Positions 50,101-55,949 of a stretch of 55,949 nucleotides of DNA are shown here, in pieces; the stretch's first letter is position 1, and every line of letters begins with the position of its first letter. Origin of the DNA: Candidatus Falkowbacteria bacterium (lineage in GTDB: Bacteria > Patescibacteriota > Patescibacteriia > Patescibacteriales > UBA12465); contig JAACPL010000007.1 in NCBI GenBank assembly GCA_009995495.1, forward strand, positions 1 to 55,949, in the 5' to 3' direction. The translations under genes were made by a program, and so were the position numbers. The notes below the pieces were generated by a model. It was not told the DNA's origin, searched no databases, and saw nothing but the letters and a program-made list of their open reading frames with translations.

Positions 50101-51386
50101 ACCTCTTTAATAAAAGCTAAGCTTTCTTCTCTTTCTTTTAAAGCCTTTAAAGCGGAATTTTTTGAAAGACGACAAAATTTTAAGAGAAGTTCCGGGTTTT
50201 TTATCACTTTGATTTTTTTTAATTCTTTTTCGGCGATATCTATCTCTTTGATTATTTTCATTGCTAAAGTTTTTAAAGTTCTAAGCCAGAATATTTTTCC
50301 TAAGTCTTCTTCGTTTATTAAATTAAAATTTTTAGCTTTCGCTTCTCTTAGAGTTTCGTTAATCGCGGGACTTAAGTGGCCCCTTTTTAAGTCTTCTTTA
50401 AAATCGTGGAGGTCGTCGTTTAGTTGGCGGGCGATTAAGTAATGGCGAAAAAAGTTTTCTAAGTTTTTTATTTCCTTGTCATTAATTTTAAAACCAAGCT
50501 CCGTCATAGTTGTTAGAGGGCCAAGAAGATGAGTCGCTGCTGGAAAAAATTTTATTTCATAATTGCCATAATCAACCAATTCAATTTTTTTTAAATCAAG
50601 AGGAAGATTTTTTATTGGTTTTAAGAAACGACAATTTTTAGTTTCAAAGTAATTAGCACTATCAGCTTCGTTTAAGATATTTTTCAGATATTTATCATAA
50701 CCTTCATAACTATGAAAAAAGGAAGAATAAAAATTTATTAGCTTGCGCGACATTAAATTTGCTAAGGGTAATAAACTCGGCCTAGCTTTTTCATCTTCGT
50801 CCCAAAAATCGTCGTAGATAATAAAAGCCGTCCAAAAATAGGCGTTTATTAGTCCAAGTTTTGTTATTAATTCGCTTCTTTTTTTATTTGGCTTTAAGCC
50901 TAAACTTTTATGAAAATAAAAAGGCATCAGTAGCATCTGTTTATCAGGATTGTTTTTAGCGGTTATTCTTAGGGTTTTTATTAGCTCTCTGGCTAAATTT
51001 TTATCTAAACTTGATAGTTCAGATTTTGCCAGCCTAAATATTTTGTTTATTTCTTTTCTTTCTTCTTTTTCGGCGACAGTTTCTTTGAAATTTAATTTTT
51101 TATTAGCGCTCGCTCCCCCGGGCTCAACTTTAATTAAATTATTTTCTTTTAAAAATTTAGTTAAATTAGGAAGGGAGACGCCCTGAGTTTTTAAAAATTC
51201 AAAAATAGCCAAATTTAATTTAGCGTTAGGATTTTTTTTATTTAATTCTTGATAGGGGCCACCCGGTTTTAATTCTCTTAAAGTTATTTCTTTAAGGATT
51301 TGGGTGAGCTTTTTAACATCTAAAGTTTTTCCCAGCTTAATTTCCTTATTAAGCTTGTTTAAAGTTTCTGTTAGAGATTTTTTCAT
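50097..51386 (-). CDS. Class I isoprenoid synthase-fold prenyltransferase (ComQ-like candidate)
   Basis: Two Asp-rich motifs, IYDDFWDED and QLNDDLHDFKEDL. Confidence 0.75.
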   Translation of the reverse strand: MKKSLTETLNKLNKEIKLGKTLDVKKLTQILKEITLRELKPGGPYQELNKKNPNAKLNLAIFEFLKTQGVSLPNLTKFLKENNLIKVEPGGASANKKLNFKETVAEKEERKEINKIFRLAKSELSSLDKNLARELIKTLRITAKNNPDKQMLLMPFYFHKSLGLKPNKKRSELITKLGLINAYFWTAFIIYDDFWDEDEKARPSLLPLANLMSRKLINFYSSFFHSYEGYDKYLKNILNEADSANYFETKNCRFLKPIKNLPLDLKKIELVDYGNYEIKFFPAATHLLGPLTTMTELGFKINDKEIKNLENFFRHYLIARQLNDDLHDFKEDLKRGHLSPAINETLREAKAKNFNLINEEDLGKIFWLRTLKTLAMKIIKEIDIAEKELKKIKVIKNPELLLKFCRLSKNSALKALKEREESLAFIKEV

Positions 51387-51432
51387 AGCCTTAAATTTTT
51401 ATGGGCTCAAGACCTCTTTTAGTTTTAATTTT

Positions 51433-52860
51433 TTATTTCTTAGGAATTTTAATAATAAAATTACTACCAACTCCGATTTTGCTTTCTATTTCAATCGTGC
51501 CTTTAAAATCATTCTCAACAACTGATTTTACTAGAGTTAGTCCTAGCCCAGTTCCGTCAGTAAAATTTTTCGTGCTAAAAAAGTCCTCAAAAATTTTAGT
51601 TTTAAGCTCTTCGCTTAGTCCACAAGCATTATCTTTGACCGATAAGATTATTGTTTCGCTTATCTCAGACCCTTCGTCTAAAGTTATAACTACGCTTTTG
51701 TTTTTCTCTTCTTTCTCTTCGTAAGCATCAATTGCGTTAGAAATTAAATTAGCGACGAGTTGATAAAATTTTACTTGTTTATTAAAAAGGAAATATTCTT
51801 TTTCGGCATTGAAAATTAAATCAACTTTCTTTTTTCTCGCCTTAAAATCAAGAATTTCCATTACTTCCTCAATCTCTTTATTTAAAGAAAAATAGGATTT
51901 TTCTTCTTGTTTAGTAATTTGCTTTCTGACCGAAGTTAAAAAACTCCCCATTTTTTTTGTCGCGGAAATTACCCTTTCTATATTAAAACGAAATTTTTTC
52001 CAGTCATCATTTTTTGGACAAAGTTCGTTAATTTGTTCCATGTTTAAATTTATCGCCGTTAGGGGATTAGCTAGTTCGTGAAAAAGCCCGCTACTTAAAC
52101 GACCGAATTCAGCTAATTGGCGGAAATGAGTCAGCTCTTTAATTTGTATTTCTTTTAATTCCTTCGTTCTTTCTTTGACTTTTATTTCCAGCAAATTCCT
52201 TTCAAGAGCGAGATTTTTTTCTGATCGCCTTGCTCTTTTTAGAGATTTCTCTAGCTCCTTATTTGAAAGCCAAGCTAGAGTAGCAATGACAAAAAACAAA
52301 AAACTAAGAGTAATTATATTAGAGTTATCCCAAGCTTCAATTTTCCAACTCAAATCTGGGCTTGTTATTTTAGCTTGCTCTAGATAGTTTAAAATGAAAA
52401 TAATAAGCGCTGATGCACCGGCAAGGAAAAAAGAAAAACGGGAACTGATGAGAATTCCGGAAATTATAATTAGAGTAATATAAAAGATTATTGTTGGCGG
52501 TAGTTCTATACCCCAAGCTAAAGCCATTTTTGAGATAGCTAAAAAAAGAAAAGTTATAAGAATTAAGGAAGCTTCTTTGCCTTTCCCTTTCTTAGATAAA
52601 TATAAAAGAAAACTTAGAAGCGCTAAAATAAATAAGGCTCCGCCAAGAGAAATCATTTGGCTTGGCTCAAAAGTTTCGCTTTTGAAAATTAATTTTTTTA
52701 TTAAAATTAAATTTGCTAGAGAGATGAAGCTAGTTAAGCTTATAAGAATTATGTTTAAAATAAATTCTCGCCGATTTTTATCCTCATCTTTTTCTTTTGA
52801 GATAATAAAAGAATTAAGACGGCTTTTTAAGCCAATCCAGAAATTTATAATTTTTAACAT
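51433..52860 (-). CDS. Polytopic membrane sensor histidine kinase
   Basis: About 6 TMs; H-box FHELANPL, N-box SNAIDA, DNACG, FFSTK, GTGLGL. Confidence 0.93.
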   Translation of the reverse strand: MLKIINFWIGLKSRLNSFIISKEKDEDKNRREFILNIILISLTSFISLANLILIKKLIFKSETFEPSQMISLGGALFILALLSFLLYLSKKGKGKEASLILITFLFLAISKMALAWGIELPPTIIFYITLIIISGILISSRFSFFLAGASALIIFILNYLEQAKITSPDLSWKIEAWDNSNIITLSFLFFVIATLAWLSNKELEKSLKRARRSEKNLALERNLLEIKVKERTKELKEIQIKELTHFRQLAEFGRLSSGLFHELANPLTAINLNMEQINELCPKNDDWKKFRFNIERVISATKKMGSFLTSVRKQITKQEEKSYFSLNKEIEEVMEILDFKARKKKVDLIFNAEKEYFLFNKQVKFYQLVANLISNAIDAYEEKEEKNKSVVITLDEGSEISETIILSVKDNACGLSEELKTKIFEDFFSTKNFTDGTGLGLTLVKSVVENDFKGTIEIESKIGVGSNFIIKIPKK

Positions 52861-52864
52861 TTAT

Positions 52865-52987
52865 TTATTGACCGCTTTGTCCGCTCCAAGGAATTCCGGT
52901 TTCAACTAAAGAGACCATTAGGGCCAATAAAGCACTTTTGTTTCTCAAACTTTTTTGAGACAAAAATTTTTCAATAATTTTTTCCAT
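52865..52987 (-). CDS. 40-aa peptide, ComX-like pheromone precursor candidate (not in ORF track)
   Basis: MEKIIEKFLSQKSLRNKSALLALMVSLVETGIPWSGQSGQ; stop is 4 nt before the kinase ATG. Confidence 0.72.
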   Translation of the reverse strand: MEKIIEKFLSQKSLRNKSALLALMVSLVETGIPWSGQSGQ

Positions 52988-53036
52988 ATTTTTGGAAATT
53001 ATATATTAATTAAAAATAACTTTACTCTTAATAGTT

Positions 53037-53702
53037 TTAAATTATTCCGTAGCCTCGGCCGGAATAGGTTTTGATAATTGTTTTATTATTTTTCTTACCG
53101 ATTTTCTTTCGTAAATTTAAAATATGAGTTTCTATTGTGTTGGAAAAAATATTTGCTTCTTGATCCCAGACATGATCAACTAATTCTCCCCGAGATATTA
53201 TTCGCCCGCGGTTAAGAAGGAGATATTCAAGGAGAATAAACTCTTTTCTTGTCAGATATATTTCTTTTTTATCTTTAATTACAACTTGCTTTTGAGTATT
53301 TAATTCAAAGCCGACAAATGAGATGGTGTTATTTAATAATTTTTTCGGGCGTCTTAATAGAGATTTTATTCTAGCGAGTAGTTCGGGGACGGAAAATGGT
53401 TTGGTTAAATAATCATCAGCACCAAGATCTAGAAGTTGGACCTTACTTTCGATTTCGCTTTCAACGGTTAAAATAATTATTGGCATTTCTTTACCGTCAG
53501 TTCTGATATCGCGACAGATTTCATAACCGCCCTTGTCGGGGATATTTAAATCTAAAATAATTAAGTCGTAGTCATTAGTTTTAGCGAGAAAGGAACCGCG
53601 TTCGCCGCTCTCAGTATAGTCAATATTAAAACCAGCTTTTTCTAAACTTAATTTTAGAAAGAGGCCAATATCTTTTTCATCTTCAACGATTAAAATTTTC
53701 AT
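53037..53702 (-). CDS. OmpR/PhoB-family response regulator
   Basis: ILIVEDE, ILDLNIP, GADDYLTKPF, winged helix IETHILNLRKK..GRGY. Confidence 0.95.
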   Translation of the reverse strand: MKILIVEDEKDIGLFLKLSLEKAGFNIDYTESGERGSFLAKTNDYDLIILDLNIPDKGGYEICRDIRTDGKEMPIIILTVESEIESKVQLLDLGADDYLTKPFSVPELLARIKSLLRRPKKLLNNTISFVGFELNTQKQVVIKDKKEIYLTRKEFILLEYLLLNRGRIISRGELVDHVWDQEANIFSNTIETHILNLRKKIGKKNNKTIIKTYSGRGYGII

Positions 53703-53714
53703 AAAAATAAAAAA

Positions 53715-53788
53715 AAGAAGTTCAAAAACGAGTTTCTTGAACTTCTTATAATATAATTATAGCATATCAAGAAGGTTTGTAAAGGTTT
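53715..53788 (-). promoter_or_regulatory. Promoter region of the regulator operon
   Basis: TGCTATAAT at 53756-53764, 7-bp direct repeats at 53772 and 53782, 11-bp inverted repeat 53715-53747. Confidence 0.6.
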
Positions 53789-53919
53789 TTAGATACATTA
53801 TCTTTAGGCTTTAATTATAACAATTTCAATAAAAGTTGACAATAATTTAGATTTATTTTTTAATCTTGCCAAAATTTAAGTTCTTATTTATAATAAACAG
53901 GTATTAAAAACAAAATATT

Positions 53920-55949
<2,030 letters not shown>

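Noticed and set aside
50097..51386. Housekeeping polyprenyl diphosphate synthase (IspA/IspB)
   Set aside because: Lacks the RRG loop after the first Asp motif and an obvious GKR motif, and sits in a signalling operon; a terpene synthase role is not excluded.

Overview
AT-rich chromosomal window, most likely from a Patescibacteria/CPR (Parcubacteria-like) bacterium using the standard code; this is inferred from the gene families present. Housekeeping content includes ppsA, lgt, smc, cmk, rplS, ychF, rpsF-ssb-rpsR, efp, a csoR-copA copper locus and six complete tRNAs. Four accessory systems stand out. (1) An operon encoding an OmpR regulator, an unannotated 40-aa Trp peptide, a membrane histidine kinase and a DDxxD prenyltransferase (50097-53702), resembling Bacillus ComQXPA prenyl-peptide quorum sensing. 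(2) A diversity-generating retroelement (TR, antisense avd, RT) whose promoter is cut off by an IS30 and whose adjacent putative target lacks a VR; a diverged target-family paralog lies about 7 kb upstream. (3) Seven VirB2/TrbC-like pilin genes near yraN and comM. (4) Insertions at two tRNA-Ser genes, including a large serine recombinase that reads into the tRNA, a small structured att-flanked element and a decaying GT2/GH18 cassette. All calls come from reading the sequence by eye; no database searches were run.
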